This document shows, in pieces, positions 13,713 to 26,863 of a stretch of DNA of 64,000 nt (its first letter is position 1; each line of letters begins with the position of its first letter). The DNA comes from Octopus sinensis. Lineage: Eukaryota. The position numbers were made by a program, and so were the translations under genes. The stretch spans positions 102,424,001 through 102,488,000 of the forward strand of contig NC_043004.1 in NCBI RefSeq assembly GCF_006345805.1, in the 5' to 3' direction. The notes under the pieces were generated by a model. It was not told the origin of the DNA. It worked only from the letters and a program-made list of their open reading frames with translations, and did no database searches.

Positions 13713-15270
13713 TCGGTGACAAAGTCGATTGTACAAGACTGATTAAGGTTAGACTCGAGTGTAATTTTTATGATGAAGTCTGCGAAGATATTTTTGATCT
13801 GTTTCTAGGATTTGAAGTTACGTATGATTAGAAAGCTCTCAATAAGTACGTCAGAGGGTATAAATACGTTTTTTTTTTATGTATGGTCTCCGGTATCACT
13901 AATTTCATGGTTCCTCCCAATCCCGATATCAAAATGGAAACTGGATAATCTTGTTTCGTGTTGTTCCTATTTTATCGAAAGATGGTTGACATAGGGTAAA
14001 AAAAGATTTCCTTGTATACAAAATAATATTAATGTTACTCATCATAGCCACTGAAATTAACCTTATTCTACTCACAAGAAAATCTATTTTATTATAAAAC
14101 AACTTTGGCACAAAAGAAAAACTTATGCAACGTTCCCTTTTTTCCATCAGTATGGAATCTAAAGATTCGACTAAACTTAGCGGCATGGTATCCCATTATA
14201 TCTTAAGCTGGTATTCTCAGTATTTCAACTCCACTTATCTTGCCTGCCTTACTTTAATATATCCCAATTACCAGCGCTGGATTAGCCATTAAACAAAATA
14301 AGCGCGTGCGTAGGGCATCAAGAGAAGAGGGAGCACCACGGAAATGGTTAAACGGTTTACGCCACAAAAGGAAATGGCGTTCAACTTGCTAAAATAATAG
14401 TCGAAGTGGTTTATGACCAGAAATATGATTTCGAAGTGTTCATGGTGATCAAAGACTTTGCAATTAAAAATAGTAGAAAACTTTTCAAATATAAATAAAG
14501 TGGAAGCATACGAAAATAAACATTATTTTCTATCTTACTGTTAGAATCGTTCATGTTTGTACTCGGGCACGAATTTCAAAGCGATGATACTCAAAATCGG
14601 CCTCCTGTCGGAATCAAATATACGCATCTCACTGTTTTAAATAAGGAAAGAAAAAATTACATAAAATAGTCTTAAAAACAGAGGAAGTCACTAGTAGGAT
14701 GACTTTGATTATATGTCTTTCTGATCAGCACAGATCTGAATCTAAATAGTAACAAGCATGTATTTTAGAAAAGAGAGGAAAATGGAGAAACTGCTTTTTA
14801 CGCCTTCGTTCGGTGAAATTCGTAGCGTATATGAAATTAAATGGCGTCGGTCTGTAAAAATCTGCTTACCCTGTCCGCTGAGAGATTACTCTTTCTTTAA
14901 ACCACTTTACATATGGATTTCATTAAATATTAAACGTTCAAATTCCTTAGTATATTTAATTAAAATATAATCATTATTATTTTTTCTTTATTAAAAAAAT
15001 TTAATCAGATGATAGTAATTAAATCAAATTTCTAAACAGAAAATTGTTCTTTATTTCTCGAATGTTTAAATGTAGAATATTTTTTTTTAATCCCTATGTG
15101 TATAGATATCGTGGTTTGGCTAAGACAGTTGGCATCTCTCAACTTTTTTAATTAGAAACCTGATTTTACCATACGTGGTTTACGACTGAGTAAGAAAGTA
15201 GAGTGAGCGAATCCAAAGTCCAACTATTTGGTGATACAACAGCAACAGTACAACAACAACAACAACAACA

Positions 15271-15340
<70 letters not shown>

Positions 15341-15871
15341 GGCTCTCATGGCTTCTGATCATAACTGATTGGAAGTGTTATCATGTACATTGTTTTGTCT
15401 TGGTATAAAAGATGGGCTACAGCAAATATTCTGCTCAATACCACAGATTTGCTTGTCGGTTGTTTGACCTTAACCAGTTGACCATGTCCCTTAGTGACTG
15501 ACGATATGTGCATCTCTGATCACGAGCAGAAGTAGTGGGGGAGCATCATAGCCATGTGTTGAGAGGGATTCTTTGGGGTTTGAATAATTCACCTCTGGAA
15601 ACATGGGTGTTTCGTTCAACATCCTTAAACAACCCTTATTCAGAGACCTTTCGAGTGAGATGGGTTACTCGATCTGAAGAAAATTCTAACTGGGCCCCAC
15701 CTGTAAGGTCATGTGCTGTTTATTTTGATATGAGATCACCATGTCGCGCACATATGGTTGTGATGCATGTGCCTGGTGTACCCTTATCAGACAGGTAGTC
15801 ATGATGGGTATACTGGGCTTCGTATATTTTACCCCAGTGTCACTTTGATGGCATGAACTGCTCCCTCACTC

Positions 15872-15914
<43 letters not shown>

Positions 15915-16445
15915 GGCTCTCATGGCTTCTGATCATAACTGATTGGAAGTGTTATCATGTACATTGTTTTGTCTTGGTATAAAAGATGGGCTACAGCAAA
16001 TATTCTGCTCAATACCACAGATTTGCTTGTCGGTTGTTTGACCTTAACCAGTTGACCATGTCCCTTAGTGACTGACGATATGTGCATCTCTGATCACGAG
16101 CAGAAGTAGTGGGGGAGCATCATAGCCATGTGTTGAGAGGGATTCTTTGGGGTTTGAATAATTCACCTCTGGAAACATGGGTGTTTCGTTCAACATCCTT
16201 AAACAACCCTTATTCAGAGACCTTTCGAGTGAGATGGGTTACTCGATCTGAAGAAAATTCTAACTGGGCCCCACCTGTAAGGTCATGTGCTGTTTATTTT
16301 GATACGAGATCACCATGTCGCGCACATATGGTTGTGATGCATGTGCCTGGTGTACCCTTATCAGACAGGTAGTCATGATGGGTATACTGGGCTTCGTATA
16401 TTTTACCCCAGTGTCACTTTGATGGCATGAACTGCTCTCTCACTC
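15341..16445 (+). mobile_element. Two near-identical tandem copies (C, D; period 574 bp) of the (AAT)n-embedded element
   Basis: ORF-track peptides at 15535 and 16109 differ by one residue; (AAT)n spacer and flanks. Confidence 0.88.
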
Positions 16446-16491
<46 letters not shown>

Positions 16492-16702
16492 GCAATCCTC
16501 TTTACAAGGCTGCAATTTGTGGGAGGGAGACAGTCGTCTATAGCGACTGCAGCGCTCCAGTTATCGATGAAGGGATTGTTCTTTATGTTGCCTGCCTCGT
16601 TTCTCTCTTTGTTTCTTTCGTTGTCCGAAAGAAAAGTTTTTGCTTTTTTATGTTCTCGTTTTTCATTTTGTTCACGTTTTTTATGTCTGTACCCATACAT
16701 GC

Positions 16703-16799
<97 letters not shown>

Positions 16800-17625
16800 T
16801 GTGTGTGAGTGTATGTATATATGCATATATATTTATATATATTATTTATATCATTATATGATCGAACGCCACGCATCCATTTCCAAGTAAGTTTCATGTT
16901 AATTCTGATGCGCACTCTGCACTCTCTATTCTATCTTTATCGCTATTTTTTCTTCTTTCTTTCTGTTTTTCTTTTCCTCCCCCTTCACCGTTCTCTTTCT
17001 CTCACTCTCTCTCTCTCTCTCCCTCACTCTTCCTCCTTGACTCTCTCGTTGCTCACACGTGACCAGCGGCTATCGTTCTTTTTTCCTCTCGCTTTACAAG
17101 AGATAAAACCTACTTTTGCCTGTCTCTTGTCATAGCTCCTTTCTCCAGCATTCACCACTTCATCTCGTTATGGCTTAACAGCCCTCACTGTTTGTTTTTA
17201 CTCTTTTGTTCTTACTGTACTCTTTTTGTTACCACTTTAACCCTCCGTGAAAAACTCAAATTCTATTTAATTTGCTTTGCGGAAAGGACTGTTTTAACGA
17301 AGTCGCGTCTTATCCCAACCTTCGATACTCGGAGTAGATAAAACAGGGGACAATTGATGAAGGGATTGTTCTTTATGTTGCCTGTCTCGTTTCTCTATTT
17401 GTTTCTTTCGTTTTCCATGTTTTTGTTTTTTATGTTCCCGTTTTTCATGTTGTTCACGTTTTTTTTTGACGTCCTGAACCCATATATTCATGTATATATA
17501 CATAAATATGTAGGTATGTACATATATGTATGTATATATGCATATATATTTATATATATTATTTATATTATATGATCGAATGTCACGCATCCATTTCCAA
17601 GTTTCATCTCTCTCTGTCTCTCTCT

Positions 17626-17663
<38 letters not shown>

Positions 17664-19899
17664 ATAGCTAATAGTGAGGGCTTATCAATCTGGACAAAAT
17701 ACTTCATAAGCTCTCTGTTGGCACACCAGGCTTACAATATATTGTTTAGATTAGTGAAAAACTCCAACTATTCTTATGGCTGGGTTCAAGGCTATGAGTC
17801 ATCACAATTCTGTATTGTAAATCCGTGGTTGGGCTCCAGACAAACCGGTCTTTACAGAGTGATATATAAGACAAGTTATAGATAATGGTCACTATATATT
17901 TTTCGTGTTTTAGAGCAAATTTGGCTAATTTGTTCTAATAAAGGAAACATATGTAATGACCATTATCTATAACTTGTCATAGATAATGGTCATATATATA
18001 TAAACATGACTTATTTGCTCTGGAGAATTTTTAATTCCTTTTGATATTCTTCCATTACTAAAACATAGCAGATGGCTTTTCTACTCACTTTGAATTATTC
18101 AATGATAGCAACTAGGGCTATGCTGGATAAGGAAAATGTCACTGAATTAATAACAGACTTGATGTAGTCGATAACGAAAATGACAAAATAGCGTCTATTC
18201 ATAGCTTTAACTGAAATAATCTTTTTTTTCTTTTTTTCTTTTTTCGGATTTTTTCTATTTACAAAATCGTTTTTATTACATGATTAAAAATGAATCAGAA
18301 TCTGTATTTCGATAGTTTTTAATACACTGAACTAGTCAGAATAACTTCAATACATTTGACCCTTTTGATAGTAGTTGCTTGTAAGTTAGCTTGAAGTAGT
18401 AACTATTGTCATTTATTCATCATTAAAAAGTAAGCTTCCAGAATGACTTTATATCAAATCAAATCAACTGTAATATGTCACCGTTTTTCTTAACCGAAAA
18501 TAACTTGAAAAATTATCTTATCCAATTAACAGAAATTACCGTATTTACATATGCAATTAATGAATCAAATTTTATAATAGATTTTTGTTCTAAACGGCTC
18601 CGGTAATTTGGAAAGTTATGCAATAAAGCGATCTATGTAATTATCTTGTATGCTAATCAATGAAATCGTATGTTAAACATGAGATATGCTTTCATATACG
18701 GAAATATTACAAAAAGTGTTTGATAATAAATATTTTGTCATCTATACCGAGCAAGTCGCGTTTTATGGGTTGCATCAAATGTTATAGATAAACATTCTAA
18801 ACTGCATCCAAAATAAATAAATAAATAAACATCGACAAAGGACTGGCCGTCAAAACTTCACTCCCTCTCACAGGCTTACAAACAATCTATATTTTCTGTC
18901 TGTCTTTTTTACCATCACCGCTATATTGGCGACTTGCTAGTTAGTCGTGTACCACTTTTAGTCAATTTCTATTCAGCGCACTTCTCATTTTCCCTGTTGT
19001 GTCTCCCAACCAAACACTATGATAAATACTTCGCCATATCATTCTTTCCAGAACGTCAACTCTCAGTAAACTTTTTTCTATTCGTGTTTTCTAATTCAGA
19101 GAAATTCAAGCAAGACATCAACCTCAGCGAATCGAGAGAACTTGGAAGGGCTTTGGGCACTTTGCGCTCTTCTTCAGTCTAAATAATACCTTGAAAAAAA
19201 AATGCGAACCTAGCCAGGAGCGTAGATAGGGTGTATGCATCCAGGACAGCGCTTGGGTTTGTCATACCCCATCTGTTCCCTATACAGGCTTATATAGCAA
19301 ATCCATAAAAGCGTCGTCCGGCGTATCCTTGACTTTGCCACTATCCATCCTTGCTTCTTATACAGACCCAAAAATATTGCCCCATAATCTGGCTTCTCGA
19401 CACACCATCTTTGGAATTAACAACATATCAATGTTGCTTTTTAATTCTTCAGCAACAATTATTTCCAACGTAGACATTGAGACAGACGTTTATAAAGGAA
19501 ATAAACTGCGTCTAGTTGACGATTATATATCTGAAATGAAATTATTATAACTGTTAACGGAAATGCAGTTGTGAATAGAGCTGGTTAGAATCATATCTTA
19601 TGTACTTCTAACGAGTAATATACCTTTTTTTCGATAATATATTGAGGGAGATCGCTTTCGTTAATATGAAATAATTCCGTCTTTGATTTGAAATCAATTT
19701 GAGATTTTGTTTAGAAAGTTGTTAGTTTTTTTTTTGTTTTTTTTTTGTTTTTTTATCTAGACGGTGGTATTTTGTATTTAAAATATAGATTCGATACTTT
19801 GTCACAATGACACGAAGTCCACCCACATGAATGGTTGGTATTTTTATCGACCCCAAACAAATAAAACAAGGAGTTGATCCCAGTGGGATTCGGAATCAT

Positions 19900-20220
19900 G
19901 AAGGCGCTTGGCTTAGTAGTCATGTCTCGGCTCCCGATCGCAAGGTCGTGAGTTCGATTCCCGGTGACGCGTTGTGTCCTTGAGCAAGACACTTTATTTC
20001 ACATTACTCCAGTCCATTCAACTGGCAAAAATGAGTAGTACCTATATTTCAAAGGGGACAGCCTTGTCACACTCTGTGTCACGCTGAATCTCCCTGAGAA
20101 CTACGTTAAGGGTACGCGGGTCTGTGGAGTGCTCAGCCACATGCACGTTAATTTCACGAGCAGGCTGTTCCGTCGATCGAATCAACTGGAACACTCGTTG
20201 TCGTAACCGACGGAGTGCCA
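19900..20220 (+). mobile_element. tRNA-derived SINE
   Basis: TGGCTTAGTAG A box and GAGTTCGATTCC B box; its 3' tail is shared with 34750-34865 on the minus strand. Confidence 0.8.
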
Positions 20221-20383
20221 GATTAGGGATCACGAAGCAGAAGGACAGAATTAAATACGATAAAAGAAGTTTGTTTTTCTATTTGTTTATCAAAAAAACT
20301 GGGGCAGTATCTCTCATTTACGGTGCCGCTCCAGGCTGTTGAGATTGATGCGGCTTATGCCCAAACTAAACATTTATAAATTA

Positions 20384-21180
20384 ACTAGCAGTATCACCCG
20401 GCGTTGCTCGGGTTTGTAAGGGAAATAACTATATAAGCATTTTTAGAGATGTAAAGTATAATAGCCATCTCAATATGGCTAACCTCAAAAGGAGGGCGTG
20501 TTACTGTAGCTTTTTACGTTCTGAGATTTAATAATAAATTTTTAGAGAGTTACTTCCCTTATATATGCCAAAAATGCATTAAAATGGTAAAAAATGATGG
20601 TAAATTTTTTTTTAAATCGTAGACTCATCGTAGACGCGCGCTAATACCCAGAAGGGCTCGATATGAATCACGACTATAAGATACCCGGTTTTGGTTAAAC
20701 TGCACCGCAAAATGTGTGAGTAGTTAGGAATCTAAATCGTAGGAGACAGACAGCACACAACCTTACTTTTATATATAACTAGCCGTATCGCCCGGCGTTG
20801 CTCGGGTTTGTAAGGGAAATAACTATATAAGCATTTTTAGAGAGTTATAGCCAAAAAATAGCAAAAAAATGCATTGAAAATAGCAAAACAATTATGGTAA
20901 TTTTTTTTTTTAATCGTTGACTCATCGTAGACATTTTCAGAGAGTTACTTCCCTTATATAATAGCGAAAAAAATGCATTAAAATGGAAAAAAAGATGGCA
21001 AATTTTTTTTTAAATCGTAGAATCATCGTAGACGCGCGCTAATACCCAGAAGGACTCGATATGAATTCCGACTATAAGATACCCGGTTTTGGTTACACTG
21101 CACCGCAAAATGTGGGAGTAGTTAGGAATCTAAATCGTAGGAGACAGACAGCACACAACTTCACTTTTATATATAAAGAT
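20384..21180 (+). mobile_element. Two head-to-tail copies of a Helitron/Helentron-type non-autonomous element (HINE/DINE-1-like)
   Basis: Each copy begins ACTAGC...CCCGGCGTTGCTCGGG (hairpin) and ends CTTTTATATATA(AAGAT). Junction at 20778; no TIR or TSD. Confidence 0.7.
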
Positions 21181-21889
21181 GTCTGCTGAAACAAAACGTC
21201 ATCGGTGACAGATCTGATCCGAGCACTTGCAACAGAATGAGCTCTACTAAAGTGCATAAGGAATAGGCGATGGTGTTAGACTGGAGTCAAGAGTTCAATC
21301 GCTTCTACTTTATCGTTTCTGGTTGATTTTTATTTTAAAATACTATAGCATGTGTTCGCTAGGGCGGCTAAAAGAGGGCGAGGAAGGCCGTTCGTCTCGG
21401 GCGGCATATTTTGAAAGTGGAACTTCATGTTGTTTTTTTCGTAACGGGTGAGGGGCGGCAAAAATCAAGAACCACCCCAGGCAGCACAAATTGTAGCTAC
21501 GCCTCTGGTTATATTAAAATGCACACATGTGTGTATACATGCGTATTTCTATATACAGGGAGTATCACATTAACACGATTTTAATATTCTGTTTTTAAAA
21601 GCTACAAAATCAAGAGAAATTTATTTATTTCAGTAATTTCCAATTACTTAACACATTTTAATTAACACAGAAACACAGTTATTGATATCTAATCTTAATG
21701 CTAGGAAAATTAACCGAAGATTAACATTAATAACGGAATAAACACACTAAGGATCATATATTAATTGCCTGGTGGATTTAATTTTAAATAAAAGAAAAAT
21801 CAGTCATATATTTTTCCTGGATGAATTAAATACATCAATGATAAATCTATTATGAAACAGAACATATCTAATAGTATTTTTTGTGTGTG

Positions 21890-22575
21890 CGTGTTCGGTT
21901 AACAAGCTCGCTTTGCCACCACGAGATTTCAGGTTGAGTCTCACTGCGCGGCACCTTGGGCTGGTGTCTTCTATGTTAGCCCCAGACCGACCAATGCCCT
22001 GTAAGTGAATTTAATTGACGGAAACTGTGTGGAAGCCGGTTGTATATATTAGGGGTGTTCTGAAATTATTTTGGTGTTTTACACATTTCGGTTAAAGTGA
22101 GAATGTTTCTTCTCTATTGCAAATTGCAGTGAAAACGGCCCTTTTTTTTTTTTACAGGTCAAATATGTCCCAAACATATTTGAAATTATCTGAAAGTTTG
22201 TTTAATTCACAACATTGCTTTCGTGTGCCTACCATGTGTGTGTGTGTGTGTGTATACATATGTATATATACCATATAATATATGTATGTATGTATGTATG
22301 TTTGGATGTATGTATGTATGTATGCATGCATGTGCGTGTGAGTGTCTATGTTGCGTGTATGTGTCTTTGCGTGTGTGTTAGTCTCTCACCATTGCTTGAC
22401 AACTGACAGTGGTTTTTCCATGTCCCCATAAAATACCGGTTCGGGAAAAGGAGACCGATAGAACAAGTACCAGATTTGAAAATTAGTGTAGGGAGTCGAT
22501 TTGTTCGACTAAACCCTGCGAGGCGGTATCCCTGCATGGTCGCAGTCCAATGACTGAAACAAGAAAAAGTAAACG
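21890..22575 (+). mobile_element. Diverged OK/OR-like SINE interrupted by ~330 bp of other sequence
   Basis: Head at 21890-22050 and body/tail at 22385-22575, homologous to 48910-49281. Confidence 0.65.
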
Positions 22576-23352
22576 ATAAAAATATATAAACTAAACATGA
22601 AGGGAATGGTCAATGCAGTCCTTCTTACACTAGAGAGATTAATGTGATTGATGACCAGTATGATCAATATTTATATCAATGTCTTCAGAAAAAACATTGG
22701 TGGACTGGATCAAATACCTATAATAAAATAAACTCTTCTACAGACATCCAGCAATCATAGAGTGTTACTAAATTTGGTAGTATATTAGGTATATCAAAGA
22801 AACAAAACTCTAGCGAACGTGAAAATCAGTGGAAAAGATTCCATCGAAGAGAAACTGCTTGCTGCAAATACTCTGTAGAAAATGGTGGTAAAATAAAAAG
22901 AAAATAGCAGTAAAAAGAGGAAACGATTGGTACCAAATTTTGGCACAAGGCCAGCAACATTAAGGGGAGGAGTGTAGTCCATACCATCGAGTTCAGTATC
23001 TGACTGGTACTTATTTTAACGATCCCGAAAGGATGAACTGCAAAGTTGACTTTGATGAGATTTGATCTCACAACGTAAAAGAAATGGCGGTAAATATTTT
23101 TTTTTTGTCCGGCGCGGTAAGGATTATGCTAGTTTGACGTCTTAAAGGTTGGCACATATTAAAAATAAGAAAGCTACAGTAATAAATATGGGTTAATATC
23201 AACGGAAGCGTTTTTTCTAAATAACTGTTGAGTCATTCAGTTTTAGAAATATATGTGTCTAACAATTTTTTTTTTTTGTAATAAGAATGTTGAAGTTAGA
23301 AATACTAAATTTCTAAATCTCTCGTAGAGACATGTACGGTGGTGGGGCGATA

Positions 23353-23655
23353 GAATGGTTGTATACTGTCAATCTAACACGAACGTGACAGTAGGGGGGT
23401 ACACCACCGCTGTATAGCCTTAGGAAGCATCGACGCCTCCTGATGGCTTTGACACATTTTTCCCTGTGCCCTTATATACATTTACGAAGGGGAGACAAAC
23501 ACCCCCGCCCACCGGCCCCTTCGTAAATGTATATAAGGACACAGGGAAAAATGTGTCAAAGCCATCAGGAGGCGTCGATGCTTCCTAGGGCTATACAGCG
23601 GTGGTGTACCCCCCTACTGTCACGTTCGTGTTAGATTGACAGTATACAACCATTC
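23353..23655. repeat. Near-perfect foldback: 140-bp arms, 23-nt loop (MITE-like)
   Basis: 23353-23492 is the reverse complement of 23516-23655 with only two mismatches seen. No clear TSD. Confidence 0.9.
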
Positions 23656-23834
23656 AATGTTGAAGTTGTTGGATAGGAAAGCGACTTTATTAACTAAACA
23701 GTTTTAATAAGAGGCACGAAATTCTGTAAATTCTCTACTGATCGCCATTGTTTTCTTCTCGTTTGATTCTTTCTTAATAAAATATTCCTTTTTTTTTCTC
23801 TTTCTCTTGGTAGACGAAAACTGAAAGATTCCCG

Positions 23835-24244
23835 GGATCTTTTCGGTTTGAACGGCAGTTTTTTCTAGCGGTGTCATATGAAATTGTCACCCATAATTAT
23901 GACCCTAGTATCGATCTATTGCATTTCAATCTGTTTTAGGGTTAGGGTTAGGGGGTATCTTTTTTTCTTCACAAATGTAAATAAACCTAATCTGTTTCTT
24001 AAACGAGGGACATATTCATACGGCACAGAATGTTTTTTTTTACCTCAATAGACGTCAGTGATTGGTTGAAATTGCAGAAATTGAAGTAAAAAAAACAACA
24101 AATATCTTACAAACTATAGAATTTTCTCAATAAAGCCAAGAGAAAAAGATGTTTTATAAACACATTCTACCAGTATACGAAGTTTAAAAGTGTTTAGTTA
24201 CCTAGAAATTATGTTAAAAACTGCCGTTCAAACCGAAAAGATCC
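23835..24244. mobile_element. Non-autonomous DNA transposon with 29-bp TIRs and 8-bp TSD (Merlin-like)
   Basis: GGATCTTTTCGGTTTGAACGGCAGTTTTT at the left end and its reverse complement at the right end. TSD GATTCCCG (23827-23834 and 24245-24252). Internal TTAGGG repeats near 23936-23952. Confidence 0.85.
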
Positions 24245-24254
24245 GATTCCCGTC

Positions 24255-24313
<59 letters not shown>

Positions 24314-24895
24314 CGCGTGCGTGTGCATACGTATGTGTGTCTATGTTTGTTTCCCAACACCACTTGACAACCGATGTTAGTGTTTACGTCCCCGTAACTA
24401 ATCATAAGAAAAATGGAAATCGATATATAGTGAAATAACTTCAAAAGACAGCTAGTTGGAAAATAGTAAAATAGTAAAATGTTGAGTTGGTCATGGCAAT
24501 TTGAATATAGAGTTAAGAAGTAAGAGGGAGAGGTAAGAGCCTGCGTTTTTAGAAATGAATGACCCAAAAACAAAATATGTGTTTCCATATATTTATTATT
24601 TCAAACATTTATATTTTGCATATGTACCAGTGAATTAATTATATTGTAAAACGCATATGCTAGCACGTGTGTGATATTCAATGCTTTATAATGCGTAAGA
24701 CAGAAATAATATTTTAGTTAATACTGTGATAATCCAAAACAATGGACACGTGCAAAGTGTGATTCCATTGTGGTGAGACGTAGAGAGTTTTTAGGCCTGT
24801 CCTTCTGCAGAGTTTACAACATGCTTGATATAAAAGGGGCCAGTAGGAAAAAGGTCATCAAGTTGGCTGTGGAGGTAGCAGAGGTTGCTTTAAGG

Positions 24896-25092
24896 CAGTG
24901 CTTTTCAAAATTTTTGCTGGAGCGGAACCCCAAGGAAACATTCCACTGGCTCGAGGAACCCCTGTACAATAATTTAATAGTCTTATGCATACATATCTGC
25001 ACAGGAGAATTTAAAATTACTGCCGATTTTAGCAGTTTTGTAACTTCTTGCGGAACCCCAAGGTTCCGCGGAACCCTGGTTGAAAACCACTG
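24896..25092. mobile_element. hAT (Charlie-like) MITE, 197 bp
   Basis: TIRs CAGTGCTTTTCAA / TTGAAAACCACTG (12 of 13 match) and a perfect 8-bp TSD CTTTAAGG (24888-24895 and 25093-25100). Confidence 0.9.
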
Positions 25093-25932
25093 CTTTAAGG
25101 TGTCTGTGAATCAGGAGATGCAAGCCCTGAAAGGGGTAAAGTTACCATGATTGGGGCTAACTGGAAATTAACTAGGACTTGATCAAATCCGACTGAGTCG
25201 CTTATGTGAGAGTGGCAGATGCCGAAAGACCCAAAACGCCTAATGACCCCATGAAACATCACTGACGATATGTCAAGGCGAGTTACAGGATGATATATGG
25301 AAAAACTGTGATATATGTACATAGAATATGCAGGTGTTTAAATGTATGTATGTATGTATGTATGTATGTATGTATGTATGTATGTATGTATGTATGTATG
25401 TATGTATTAGAGCACGAGGGTGATTACCTTTTGCTGAACATAGTACACAGTGTATGTCATGCAAAAGCAAGTAGAAGATTGTGATAATCTACTTCTTGGA
25501 ACACAACAATATTCCATGCAGGGTTTAATATTCTAGCTTTTTATAACTTTGGGCAAAGTTTCTAGAACCTTCGGAAATACAGTTTGACAGTAACTTACAC
25601 AATTTCCCTTTGAAGCCTACCGCCATTACTTGCAATTTGTCAGCCAAAACTTGTAAATCGAAAAACATTTACTTAGGCGTTTATGCCTTTTATGGTGATA
25701 TGATTGAGTCTACAGAGCTAGCAGGAGCTTTAATGGAAATATAATTCGGCCATGATTCTAAACTGGAAATCTGAGCGAGGTAATTCTAATCTAGGCAGAA
25801 ACCTGCTACAATGTGAAGGTATACTGATGTGTTGTAAATAACGTGTGAATCTATTTGTAAGAGATTTGGTACACTTCTGATATAAGTTTTGTTAACAAAT
25901 GTTTGTGAAGGAAGATAGCGTCATTAAATTGT

Positions 25933-26850
25933 AAGAAACGATATCATGAAGATGAAAACAGAAATTTTAAGCCAGAGAGGGAACAAGATTTTGCATTCAC
26001 CAAAACAGATCAAACTTCTGTGTCTTATTCACCATGTGACAGTCATTACAAAGTAACTACAGATGTAACAAGTTTCACAAAAGAAAAAAATGCCAGAATT
26101 AAAGAGAAACAAGTCATCTGTGCAGTACTGTAGCTTAAGTGTGTGCTTCCTGGAGCAGCCCTCATCTCAGACTCCCAAGCTTATAGAGGCTTATACAGTA
26201 GGCCAAATGTGCAACCCCCATAAAAACTCGGAGCTGAACGCCCTCACCAGTTACGCTACTGCATCTGTGTTAAATCATTACAGAACAGCCAGCAGTTATT
26301 GATGATCACGCTCTATAAGGAAGCCAATACAGTGACTAAAGCAAGTTTGTTGTCATTGAATACCACTTGAACTGAAACACCCATAAACTGACTGCGAAAT
26401 CGTTAAGATGAATGTAATTGATATTGTTACAAAACGTCAGTCAATCATAGCATAGATACCAAATTGGTTACACTAGAGAGTGGGATATCACCAAGATTAG
26501 TGTTGATATTACAGGCAAAATGATTTAAAGATCTTCCTTGAATTCAGCTTAGCAAACAGTGAATCTAAGGATTTACAAGACAGCTCACTACTGGCAATAT
26601 TTGTTTGTTATGTTGCTTCTTTCTTAGCTGTTAAAGAAAAGACGTTGAATTTAGTGATATTAAGAGAAACAACTCATGCTGTTGACCTTAAAAATGCACG
26701 CAGCAGAGCTCTAACAAATGCTGATGAGTCACTGGATAAACTAGTTAATGTTGCAACAGATGGAATGCCAGCAATGATGGGGAAAATACAGGATTGATTA
26801 TATTTGAGTGCAGATATGGTTGTGTGATCAAGAAGCAAGCTTTGCAACAA
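25933..26850 (+). mobile_element. Degenerate hAT transposase (GTF2IRD2/ZBED5/SPIN-like)
   Basis: KKRYHEDENRNFKPEREQDFAF, then KLLCLIHH in a shifted frame, ESKDLQDSSLLAIFVCYV...KEKTLNLVILRETT, and LDKLVNVATDGMPAMMG (26756-26782, the TDGAPAMxG motif). Many stops and frameshifts. Confidence 0.8.
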
Positions 26851-26863
26851 CGTATTTTTCAGG

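Noticed and set aside
14864-14930. Minus-strand donor G|GTAAGC with short frame NPYVKWFKERVISQRTG
   Set aside because: No convincing acceptor or polypyrimidine tract, and the frame is too short to evaluate.
15535-16372. Duplicated 87-aa ORFs as a small tandem gene pair
   Set aside because: They lie inside a high-copy element, start at GTG, and the frame is broken in other copies (A, B, E).
18934-19550. Protein-like frames on both strands
   Set aside because: Multiple in-frame stops and no motif I can assign; probably an old TE fragment.
23936-23952. Telomere or chromosome end
   Set aside because: Only about three TTAGGG units, internal to a TIR element.
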